A DNA stretch of 61,365 bases, filler included. It is 4 parts of 4 records of this genome, joined end to end, with 100 filler letters (N's around TTAATTAATTAA, not from the genome) between each part and the next. Parts side by side here need not be neighbours in the genome. Positions count along the whole stretch, not along the records: positions 1 to 21,212 come from DRR378314_601; positions 21,313 to 34,244 come from DRR378314_611; 2 more parts are not named here. One strand, 5' to 3'. Below are positions 14,301 through 24,600 of this stretch, in pieces; the first letter of the stretch is position 1; each line of letters begins with the position of its first letter. Both the position numbers and the translations under genes were made by a program. The notes beneath the pieces are model-generated. The model did no database searches and was not told the origin of the DNA. It worked only from the letters and a program-made list of their open reading frames with translations.

Positions 14301-14630
14301 CCGCAAACAAGAGAGTGCGCGCTAACCACGAAAGCCGCTCGAAGCGGCTCACACGAACGCGAACAGCGGCTGCGTCCCTCGTCTCGCGCATCTGCAAAAT
14401 CCGCGACTTTCTCCTGCCCAAAGGCACTCTATTCCCTCTCTAATGAACAAACTACAACTTGTTTGCTTCACTGCCGTGGAAAGAAGAACTGACGCTTCGA
14501 TCTCGAGTACCTGCAGCGCCCGCGCTGCCATGCAAAAAAGGCGCAGCCCACAACAGGCTGGTGCGACGCAAAGCACAAAACGCACCGCGGCATAGCCGAA
14601 CTGCTTCAGTTGCTTCGCCTTTTCAGCCAT
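2368..14630 (-). CDS. SNRNP200: U5 snRNP 200 kDa helicase Brr2 (tandem Ski2-like helicase/Sec63 cassettes), 13 exons
   Basis: Starts [25 protein letters not shown] and contains [94 protein letters not shown] and two Sec63 units ending [11 protein letters not shown]. The terminal exon is 7356-2368; 12 introns were traced upstream. Confidence 0.97.
4166..4189. repeat. (GAC)8 trinucleotide microsatellite encoding a poly-Ser insertion in Brr2
   Basis: Eight perfect GAC copies; they translate on the minus strand as [12 protein letters not shown]. Confidence 0.9.
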
Positions 14631-15121
14631 TGTAAAGTACTAGCCGTGGCGCCCGCTAAACACAAAGAGTTATGAACAATTGACCAGATCAATCGTTCCA
14701 AAGAACGTGTTTTGCCCTTTGTTGTGTATGCGGCGTGCTTCCGGCTTGCGCGACACACGAGCGAGGGCAAAGGCGTGAGCGCGCGAGCAAGCAGCAGCAA
14801 CAGCGTCCGGGCAGAGCGCACTGCGGAAACAGGGGCCAACCCGTGCTCGCAGCGAGGTGCTCCGCGACATGCGGCAGAAGCCGGCACTAGCGCAGGGAGG
14901 GTGCTACAGTGGTTGGGACTCTAGGGCGGTTCTACATACCATTCCCCGCCGCTGCGAGCGACACAGTGCTCGCCAGTGTATGCTACTGAGACGACACAGA
15001 CACGCTGCGCCAACCGTCGTGGACCCTTGCGCAAGCGTTTGAAGTAAGGCACGCATAGCCTACCAAGCACTTGCTACGGAGAGGACGACAATGCAATTGT
15101 GAAGTTTTCGGAACGCAGATT

Positions 15122-17513
15122 TTATTTTTCGACGAAGATCGCTTGCTGATAGCCGTGAAGTGAAGAAAAAGCAACGGTGGACGGAGCGCGCGCAAGGCAG
15201 CGACCACGGGCCTGGCGGCTCACCCCCAGGCACACGGCGCCGACGACGGCAGCCAGGCCCGTGCCGAACACCGCTCCGAGTCCTCGCCCGCACTGAATCA
15301 TCGCTCAGAATGACAGTTACGAGTTGTTCACACGGCGCAGACCCTGCTTCGACAGGTTAGGCTTGAGAGCCTACATACGTATAGAGGCGCAGCGAACACA
15401 CACACGTACGCACGCACACGATATGGGTGAGCAAACCGGCGCTCGCGACATGCTACAAGCTACACTGAGACACCACTTTCACGACGTAGGATCGTTATGC
15501 AGCACGAGCGCGACGCGCAAAAAGCCGCGGCACGGCAACGCGTGCCCTTGCGCAAACCTGCTCTCCGAAGGAGATATCACAGACGGATGCGCCGTGCACA
15601 CCAAATTGACGACTACTAAACGAACATAAAAGGGGGAAACTTGGCGAAGTGAATCGTAGCAAAGCGGACGCGCTCCAGCAATGCACCCCGCGCGTACATC
15701 ACACCACGAGCGCACCCCCCTGACGCTCTGAAGCGCTGCTGCACTCCAAGAGAGTACGGGACGGGCAGCAGCGGCGCGATGTAGCACCGCGCAGACCGTG
15801 CGCCAAAACGCGTGCCCACTCATGTTTCTCGTTGCACAATACTCTTGCACCTGCGTATACTGCGAAAAATTCGACGTACATTGCGACCGCGCGTGAATTC
15901 GCGGATCCTGCGGCCTCCCTTGGAGCGCACGCGAACAATACGCGAGTGAATCGCGCACGACACGCAGTAGTACATCTTGTTGTACATCTTCGGGAGGACA
16001 TACGCTGTGGGAAACAACCACGCAAAACCGACACGGGAAAGAAGATATGAGCATTACTGCCGACGTGTAAGCAGCAAAATGCACCTAGAATCTACTAAAT
16101 CCTCGGGCAATACCCAAGGAAAGTAGAAACTTGGCGCCGGAGAAACCACCAAAGCCAGCGAACGTGGTGCAACGCATCGAGGTCTTTGCCGCACGCGCCC
16201 GGGCACTGCAGGGCCCGGCTGACTTACTGTGCACACTCGGGCGCGCACAGACGTACACTCACACACACGGGAAACCATACGCAATCCGAATCAAAAGTGA
16301 TAGACCCTCCGCCGGGGGCCGTGGCGCGCCGGCACTCCCCAGAGCTCATAGCAAACCGACTCGTACGCAGCCTCGCCGGCATCAGGAAACAGCGCGTATT
16401 ACCGCTAATTGCAGCAAGAGCAAACCAAGTCGTCACGTATATGTGTGCTGGAAAAAAAGAGCGGACGGCTGCATCGTTCGGGAGATACCCCGGGCAAAAG
16501 GAGCTCGCCCGCAACTTGGCCGTACCCCCGTGCTACACTGGCTGCGCGAGGCAGGCGGCAGCACAGCTAATACCGCGGAACAGGGAAGCACCACGAAAGC
16601 AGGAGGGCCCCCTGAATACGGGCGAAACCAAAGGCGCAAACTCACAAACCATGGGCCCCGAGCGTGAACATGATACACATTCACACCACATAATCCACTC
16701 ATAGCAACGTACATTCGTAAAGGCATGCCTCTTTCACATCACGCTGACTGGCGGCGTCAACGATGTTGCGCACTACGAAGCGGCTGATGGCCTTGTCCTG
16801 CAAGCGTTGCCACACGGGATGCAACAAAGCGAGTACGAGCAGAACGCAACGATAAACCGGGAGCAGCACAAGGTTTATGGATGAGAAACGCAAGGAGCCT
16901 CGATGGATGAAATGCACATTGTATAAACAACTCGTATCAGCAAATCCAACAAATGAAGCCTGGGATGTAGGCTCTTCGAATTGGAAAGTACGCACACAAG
17001 CAAACACGCGCGGCTGAAAAGCTCGCTCAGCAGACCGCGCGCACAGGACCCATGGGAAAGAAACAAAAACCACAGCCGGCGACTCTCGCGCGACCAACAC
17101 AATGCTCTGCGCTTTTGTTGCACACCAAATCGACAAAACCCGATGCCGTACGTATCCGTTACAATGATCCAAATAATTACAATCATACATATCGCGACAT
17201 GTGCAAAAACCACCACGATCTGGAAATCATTTCCAAGTAGAAAGCAGTCGCGCCGCGGTGTAGCAACAACCACCGCGACCAGCACGCTGCCGCAGACACG
17301 CCACAGGGGGCCCCGCACAGACTCACAGCGCACACAGCGCGCAGCCAGCGTAGCGTCGCACGCGCACGCGCGCACACGCAGACGCGCCCAAGGGCGCACA
17401 CTTCGCATAATACGCACCTTCTGCGGCATGCACGCGCAGTGCACGCAGCGAACGGGCTTGACATGACCACGGCCCTTCTTCGAACGTCCATTGTTGCGGC
17501 GCTTCTTAACCAT
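15122..17513 (-). CDS. RPS26: 40S ribosomal protein S26 (eS26), 4 exons
   Basis: [27 protein letters not shown] | [24 protein letters not shown] | [30 protein letters not shown]. The last exon QAIFVEK* (15145-15122) is tentative; it follows a polypyrimidine tract plus CAG, and AATAAA overlaps the TAA. Confidence 0.95.
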
Positions 17514-18495
17514 ATTGGCGACTTGGGGGGTTTGCTCGCGCGGCTCTTCGTCGACGGGCCGAACTAGAGGCTATGCGTTCCGGAGTAAACGCGGTATGCA
17601 CGCCTGTGACAGGGGGCCAGGGCGTCTTGTCTCACGCCCGCCCTGCAAGCCTGCGGTAGCGATTGGGGACGTATTTTCTGGTCTGTATCCAATTCTATCA
17701 TGCTGACTATGAATACACATTGTTTCTGTGGGGCGACATACCAAAGAACCATGCAGTAGGTCTACGCTTGAATATAAATTATTCAAACAATAAATACATT
17801 ACCCCACAATAAGGTTAGGGACTATTTTGACGAGGGTTGCTCTCGGGCGGATGTGTGCGCAGCGGCATACGTGCTGTAAAACTTCTGCCGTAGTGTTTCT
17901 CTGACTTGTTTGCGCGCAGAATTCCAGCGCTGCGAGTCTACTGCAAAGCACCGCTGCCGCCAAACCACGCGGCGCCTTCCCTCCCCACCGCGAACGTGGC
18001 GCAGAAACCCAAGCTACGACGGGTAATCACATAGCATTCAAAGCAACGATTCCTTGCTGAGAGGTGAGAACCTTTGCGCCGCGCAACATATTGTTGTTGT
18101 TGTTGTTTTTTGCGAGTCCATACTCGAGCAGCAACTTGAAGCGCACGTAGTTGCTTCGCAACAGGTTCCCGCACACCTCCGCAAGCGTGTGAGCGGCGCG
18201 GACGTGAGCCGTGCATTTTCACTGCCATTACCAATTGCCAGCACTGCACCCGCTGTTGTTATTTGTCCTCATAATGACCACTGCAAATGGTGTCACGCGA
18301 GAAGAGACGGTTTCGCCGAACGTCGACGCCAGTAGAGCTGCGCACGAGTGCTTGCACGCAGCGAAACGCTTGCACTGCCAGAACGTGCGTGAAATGGGGT
18401 GCTTATCCAACCGAGCAGTATCCGAGTACGCCCGCCTCTTCTGTACGATTTATTCAAATTGATTGCTTACGTTTTTAATATGCGTGTGCCAATCG

Positions 18496-20939
18496 ATGTG
18501 CGCGCAACGTCTGTTTGAGCAGCACCGCGTGAGCGCTCCGCGCCGCGAGCTTCGCTCCAGGATGCGCGCGCAGCTGTCAGCGGCGAGTTTGCGCGCGGCG
18601 TTCTTGGAATATTTCCGCTCCAACGGGCATCGTATTGCCACCCCGGGGCCGCTTGTTCCTCGATCAGATCCCTCCTTACTCTTCAATAATGCCGGAATGG
18701 TCCAATTCAAGGACATGTTCTTGGGAAAAGTCGCACCGCCAGCCTCACGCGTCGCCACCGTGCAGCCGTGCGTTCGAGGTATGTGCGCGCAGAGCGCGCG
18801 TTCCAGCTGCGCGTGCGGCACTTGAAGCACCAGCTAAAGCGTAACCAGTGGTCACAGTACGAGGGTGCACGTACATTACGCACTAGTCATATCGCACGCC
18901 TGATTCGTGCTTTCCAGTCTTGTCCCACTGCGAGTATGGGGATCGCTACCGTGCCATTGACGCCACCGAGGATGCCTCCCGCGTTCGCTGCCCGCTGCCG
19001 CAGCCGGTGGAAAACACAACGACCTTGACAACGTCGGCTTCACGGCGAGGCACCACACGCTGTTCGAAATGTGTGGCAACTTTGCCTTCGATAACGTAGC
19101 AAAGGAAGAGCCGTGTGTCTTGGCGTGGGACTTCCTTACGCGCGAGGTTGGCCTATCGCCCGAGCGGCTGCGAGTGTCCGTTCACCGTGACGACGACGAG
19201 ACCGCTCAAGTCTGGCGGCGCATTGGTATGGCTAACGATAGCACAATGCAGTTGTACTGTCCTCCCTGTCCTGTTCCGAACCGACCAAACCTACACGCTA
19301 ATGACCGGAACCAAATGACGTATCAGAGCAAGGAACCCGTCCTTTTTTTCAGTCTTCCTCTTTCGCAGGCTGCATTCGTGCGCACAACGTAATGCGGAAC
19401 TCGCGCAATCATTCGCTCTCTTACCGCACACCCAAAGACCCGTGCTTCCAGAAGTAACTTTTGTTTTGCTGAAATTGTCGTTCCTGCGCAATATTTCACA
19501 CTCCTCAACGACAAATAGGGGTTTCTTCAGAGAGGATCCAGCGTGGTGACGAGGATAATTTCTGGAGCATGGGCGATACGGGCCCATGCGGGACGTGCAC
19601 GGAAATCTTCGTCGACCAGGACCAGCCGGACGCAGATGGAGAGCGTGAGCTCGAGGTGTGGAACATTGTCTTCATGTCTCTTGACCGTCCCGCTCCGAAT
19701 GCGACGCCTGTTCCTCTTGATCACTTACAGATTGATACGGGAATGGGTCTTGAGCGGTTAGCTGCGGTGCTGCAAGGAAAGACGAACAATTTTGACACGG
19801 ACACGTTCAAGCCGATTCTGGCTGCGTGTGCCGACGCGGTGGGTCAAGCTCGAGGGAAACCTATGCAATATTGCGAGGGGTCCCGCGATGACGAGACGAC
19901 GGCCCTTCGCATCATGGCTGATCACATTCGTACAGCTTCCTTTCTTATAGCGGAAGGCGTGACTCCTTCCAATGCGGGGCGAGGATACGTGTGCCGGCGA
20001 ATCCTGCGGCGGGCAATCCGCTTCGCCCACCTGAGCGGAGCGCGCGCGCCCGTGCTCTGCGAAGCGGTTGCCGCCGTGTCATCCGAGCTTGGCGGGGAAT
20101 ACTCCACAATACGGGACCAAGAGAGCGCCATTGCTCGGGTTATTCGCGTCGAAGAGGAAGTCTTTGGACAAGCCTTGCAGCGTGGGATCAGCGAGTTCGA
20201 CAGTGTCATCGAAACCCTTCAACACAGAGGCGCCCGCATTGTGCCAGGTACGAGCGTGAGGAGGGAGCGATTCTCAGGAGCTTCCTCGCCGTTCACGCTG
20301 TCGACGTGCGTGCAAGCCGGGGTTTTGCACACACACGTTACCATCTTGGCTCATACTATAGAGCGCGCAGATTCTGGAAACGCCATGGAATTCTCGGCGC
20401 TGATGAAGTGTAGTCTTGCTGGCGCCTTGCTGTGTAGCACTGGCCCTCCGGCGCACTGTTCACGCATGCGCTCTGTATATCCGATGGTATACCATGAGCG
20501 ATGGATGGAATGCGCTGTCTTTCATCATCATCATCACACTGTACCCTACCTTCAAGTGCTTCATCGTACTGTCAGCGACTGTTTGAGAGGGCAGATGGGG
20601 CTGTCAACGGAGCAGCGGGAATGCGAATGCAGCGAGCTCTCCTGCGATCCTTCCAATGCCTGTGTGCACCGTGCACTGCGTGCAGAATTCTACTAGGATT
20701 TGTAACGCGCGGCATTTCCTTTCTGTTTCGCCTTTGTTTCGTTTCCATTCGTTCCTTGCACATATCTTTTAGGTGGATCCATTTTCCATCTCTATGACAC
20801 ATATGGGTTTCCGATGGACCTTACTGCGGTAATGGCGCGCGAACGCGGCTTCGATGTCGACCTAGTTGGCGCGGAGGCTGCCATGAACGAGCAGCGCATG
20901 CGCGCACGGGCAGCATGGAGTGGGTCGGGGACATCCACA
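18496..20939 (+). CDS. alaS: Bacterial-type alanyl-tRNA synthetase (probably mitochondrial), 3'-truncated by contig end
   Basis: Spliced motifs [93 protein letters not shown] and [12 protein letters not shown]. The start codon is uncertain (18496 or 18562); the Arg-rich N-terminus resembles a presequence. Confidence 0.93.
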
Positions 20940-21212
20940 GTACGTAAAACAAGGGGTCACGTTCTCGCTATTTTGTATCTACTGCTGACCTATGCGCGAC
21001 GGGTTTCTTCAATATGACTCGCATATCGTCGCTCTTCGCGCGGGCTCTTCACACGCAATGGCTTCAAACACTTCCTCACTCGTTTGCCGCTACGCCGCAG
21101 TTCTTTGCGCGTCCAGACAGATCAAGAGAATAGAGAAAGAATGAACGAATGTGAATATAGTTCTTGCACACTATGTCATTAAACGCTTACATGTCACATC
21201 TGGATTGCGTGC

Positions 21213-21312
21213 NNNNNNNNNNNNNNNNNNNNNNNNNNNNNNNNNNNNNNNNNNNNTTAATTAATTAANNNNNNNNNNNNNNNNNNNNNNNNNNNNNNNN
21301 NNNNNNNNNNNN
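21213..21312. other. Artificial contig linker N44-TTAATTAATTAA-N44
   Basis: Exactly 100 nt, with stops in all six frames. It is identical to the two other joins, and genes on both sides are cut mid-structure. Confidence 0.98.
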
Positions 21313-21660
21313 GCACAGCATAGACCCGTCCATAGGGGGCACAGTGGATCACGCACGACCCCGCAGCATGTACTGAGAGACCGGCGTGAAAAGGGGAGGG
21401 TTTTCGTTGTATACCTTTTGAGACAACATTGGGTGCTCGGCTATCCCAGTCTTGTGTAAATAGAGAAGCGTTCCACAACGAGGAGCGTCTCCCATGTCCT
21501 GTGGCAGCATTCGTCGTAGAACTCGTCGGTATGTAGCGTACAGCTGTGCACGTCGTCATGCGTAGATTTTTTTCCTTGGAGAAGCGCCGTAGTGGTCACG
21601 CTCACGTGCTTAGAGTCGAAAACCGCACTCGTTCCCTCTTTGTCTTCGTGGCTACTGCAG

Positions 21661-24600
21661 CAATGGTCTACCATGGGAATGTCAATGGAAAAGAACGAAG
21701 ACAAGCGCTTACTCTCGCAGGTGGCAATGTCGCAGCTTGCGCAGCACTCCACGACGCAAGTGCCAATCACGCAAATGGTAGTAGACAAGTATCTCTCTTC
21801 CGCATTTTCACGGTACGGTGTGGGTTCGAAGCGCGCTGTATTCAACATTGGCGACAGCGTGTTAGTGCGGTCGCGGCCACCGGGCTCGCCCTATCTTTAC
21901 GAATGCTCGATGAGTCGCAAAGGCGTCGAGGACAGCGCAGCAGCGGCGGGCGGGCGAAAATGGTCCGCTGATGTGCGCGTCCTTCCCTGCTCTTCGCACG
22001 TCTCTGTCGATCCTCATTTCACCGAGATCACCATTGGAAACGTAAAACCAGTGTATGCTGACCAGGTACGCGCGCTCGACGCACGACCTGTTTGTCTGCA
22101 TCTGTTGACCTCCGGATGATCGCTCGTGATGAACGATGCAAGTTTGGCAATTTCGACAGTGCGGCCCGTCGTGCTCTTCTAACGATATCCTCGTATGATA
22201 GTTCGCTTGTGTCGTTGTGTGTGTGTGTGTGTGTGTGTGCCGTTGTCGTTGTTTTTCAGGCAGTCTACGAGCACAGTTCCGAATACTGGATAGCTACGCC
22301 CCTATTGCACCTTGGTCCCTTCTCATTGTTGCGCGCACTGTCCGCATGCGCTGAGAAAGACGCCTCTATTTCTCCTGAACAAAACGCTTGTTGTATTGTG
22401 TGTACCCGCGTGCTTGTGCGTACACACCAGTACGATGCAGTGCGCATGCGCGATCAGATTTCCGCCACATACCATTTCTACGTGCACGGTCCGCGCGGCA
22501 ACGAGCGCGGCGTTGCGCGCCTGCGCGCGCGGCGAGCGGAGCCCGCGAATGGATCGCCCGCGAGTGACGACGGGGACGGGGCTGCACCGACTACTCAGAA
22601 TGGTGGTGCGGTTTCTCGTGGCGGAACGATCAGAGAGAAAATGGGCCAGAACGGCGAAATGTCCGATGAGGGAGACGCAGATGACGACGAAGTGCAGGGC
22701 ACGCCGGCCGGCGCCAGCCAGGAGGCGAGTGCGGCGAGCGATCACCAGTGGCCCGTTCTTGCGCGACCGGGCCCGCGACGCGGCGTAAGCGCTTCACCAT
22801 CACAACGCAGTCTCTACAAACCTGTGGATATCCAGGTCGATGGTGTTTCGCTTCGCCAGAGCACGCATGTGGACTACATCACGCGCTGCATGGCGTCTGC
22901 CGGTCCAGACACGCTGGACATGGCGCTGCGGATCGAGGCCGACGGCCGACGCACCATGGTGAAGGTGACGCTGTTTTACTTTCCGTTTCGCAATTCGCGC
23001 GAGACCATGCCTCCGCGTGTACTCTTTGGAGCTGGTGACGGGTCTAGTGCGCCCGATGGGGAGATTGGCGGCGCCGGCGGCGACTACCGTGGTCAGCGTG
23101 CGCTTTCGCAGCACGCGCCGGCAACGCCCGGGCGCCGCCGGCTCTCGCAGAGCGCTACGCCGCGGCGCCGCGGCGCGACGAATGCGGCTACCGCCTCAGC
23201 GCTCGATGCTGGATTCGAGGTGTTTTGGCTCGGACGGCTCTTACCGCGTGCGTTTCACACGCCGTTACCGTTTATGCGCATGGACGCGGCGCGCAGCGAC
23301 AAGCTCCCCCCGGTGTGCTATCGCCGCGTGCGCGGCTTCATGTTCCTCAATTCCGAGTTCGAGGTAACGCAGAATAAGCTCGACCTGTGCAAGCATTCGC
23401 CTCTCTGCGCAGCGCTGGCGCAATTTCAGACGCGTCGGCACCGCGAGCGATACCTGGACTGGCTCGAGCGGTGTCACAGCTCGCTCGACGAGGACATCGT
23501 GTTTGCCGAACCGCTGCCTGACGCTGGCGACGAGGAGCGCACGCTCTACGCGCGCGTCCGCGTGCACGGCGCCGAGTTTGTGGTCGGCGATCGCGTGCGC
23601 CTGCGCACAAAGCCGCGCACGTTTGGCACTATAACGGAACTGGCTGAAGATCACAACGGTGCTTTTGTTCGCATACGCATGTGCTCGGTCAGCGACGCGC
23701 GCGACGCACCGGAGAGCGTGTACGCGGCGGCGCGGCTCGACAGGGTGCTGACCGAGCGCGAGTGGCGCGCGCAGCAGAGCCGCCTCGCCGACCGCGTGCC
23801 GGTGCGGATTGTTGTCGCTACGTCCCTGCCAGGCAGCCAGCCGAGCCCCGCCAAGCGCGAAGGGGAAGACGACGGAGAGGGGGCGACTGCGGGGCCGCCG
23901 ACCGACTCTGATTTCGCGGAGGTCGTCGCGGGCGCGCTGCCGCCGGACGCCTTTGCAATCTGCGTCGTGGGCGGCGACGGGCACCGCGCGCCGCAGGGCG
24001 GCGGCACGCTGGCGTGCACTGTCACGCACAGCGCCGACGACGACGACGCTCCGCCGCGGGCCTCGTTCCGCGTCGATGCCGAGCAAGACGGACTGTACCA
24101 TATTCCCTTGAAGTCGCACGTGGAAGCATTCACTTCAGAGGGCGACTATGTGCTAACCGTAGCCGCGGCCAAGGGCGGGCTGCCGCTCGAGCAGCTCAGG
24201 CGGTCGTGGCGTGTCGTGCCCGGTGAAGCGGTGGCGCTGAGCGCGTCGCCGCCGTGCCGCACCGTTGTGGGTATCGGCGAAACGGTTCCGCCCATAAAAA
24301 TCGCCAAGGTCGACAAGTTTGGAAATGCGGTGCCTTTCAGAAAGGCGCCGCAAGGTCTGCGAGTGCGCTGCGGCGAAAAGGGGATCAAAGTCGGGGCGGC
24401 GCGCCTGAAACTCTCGCGGTGCCGACAGTGGGCCACGCTCGAGAACCTGCGCGTCGATGTGGCCAAGATACCGGAAGACGCCACACGAACCCCTGTAACG
24501 CTGCGTATAAGTTTGCAGGGACTGGAAGGTACGGCGGATGTCACGCTGGAAGCTGTTGCAGGCGAGCCGCACGCGCTCGTGGTCGCGGAGGATCCCGTCG

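Noticed and set aside
13603-14443. Overlapping 274- and 228-aa ORFs inside BRR2 intron 1 (nested gene or element?)
   Set aside because: Arg/Ala-rich translations typical of GC-rich non-coding DNA, with no domain, terminal repeats or target duplication visible.
15146-17417. Possible intronic snoRNAs in RPS26
   Set aside because: Only a weak GTGACGA..CTGA pair in intron 2, without a convincing stem or guide.
20249-20696. His-rich (HHHHH) C-terminal extension of the 375-aa AlaRS ORF
   Set aside because: Read-through into an intron after the GTACGA donor; AlaRS homology resumes near 20773.
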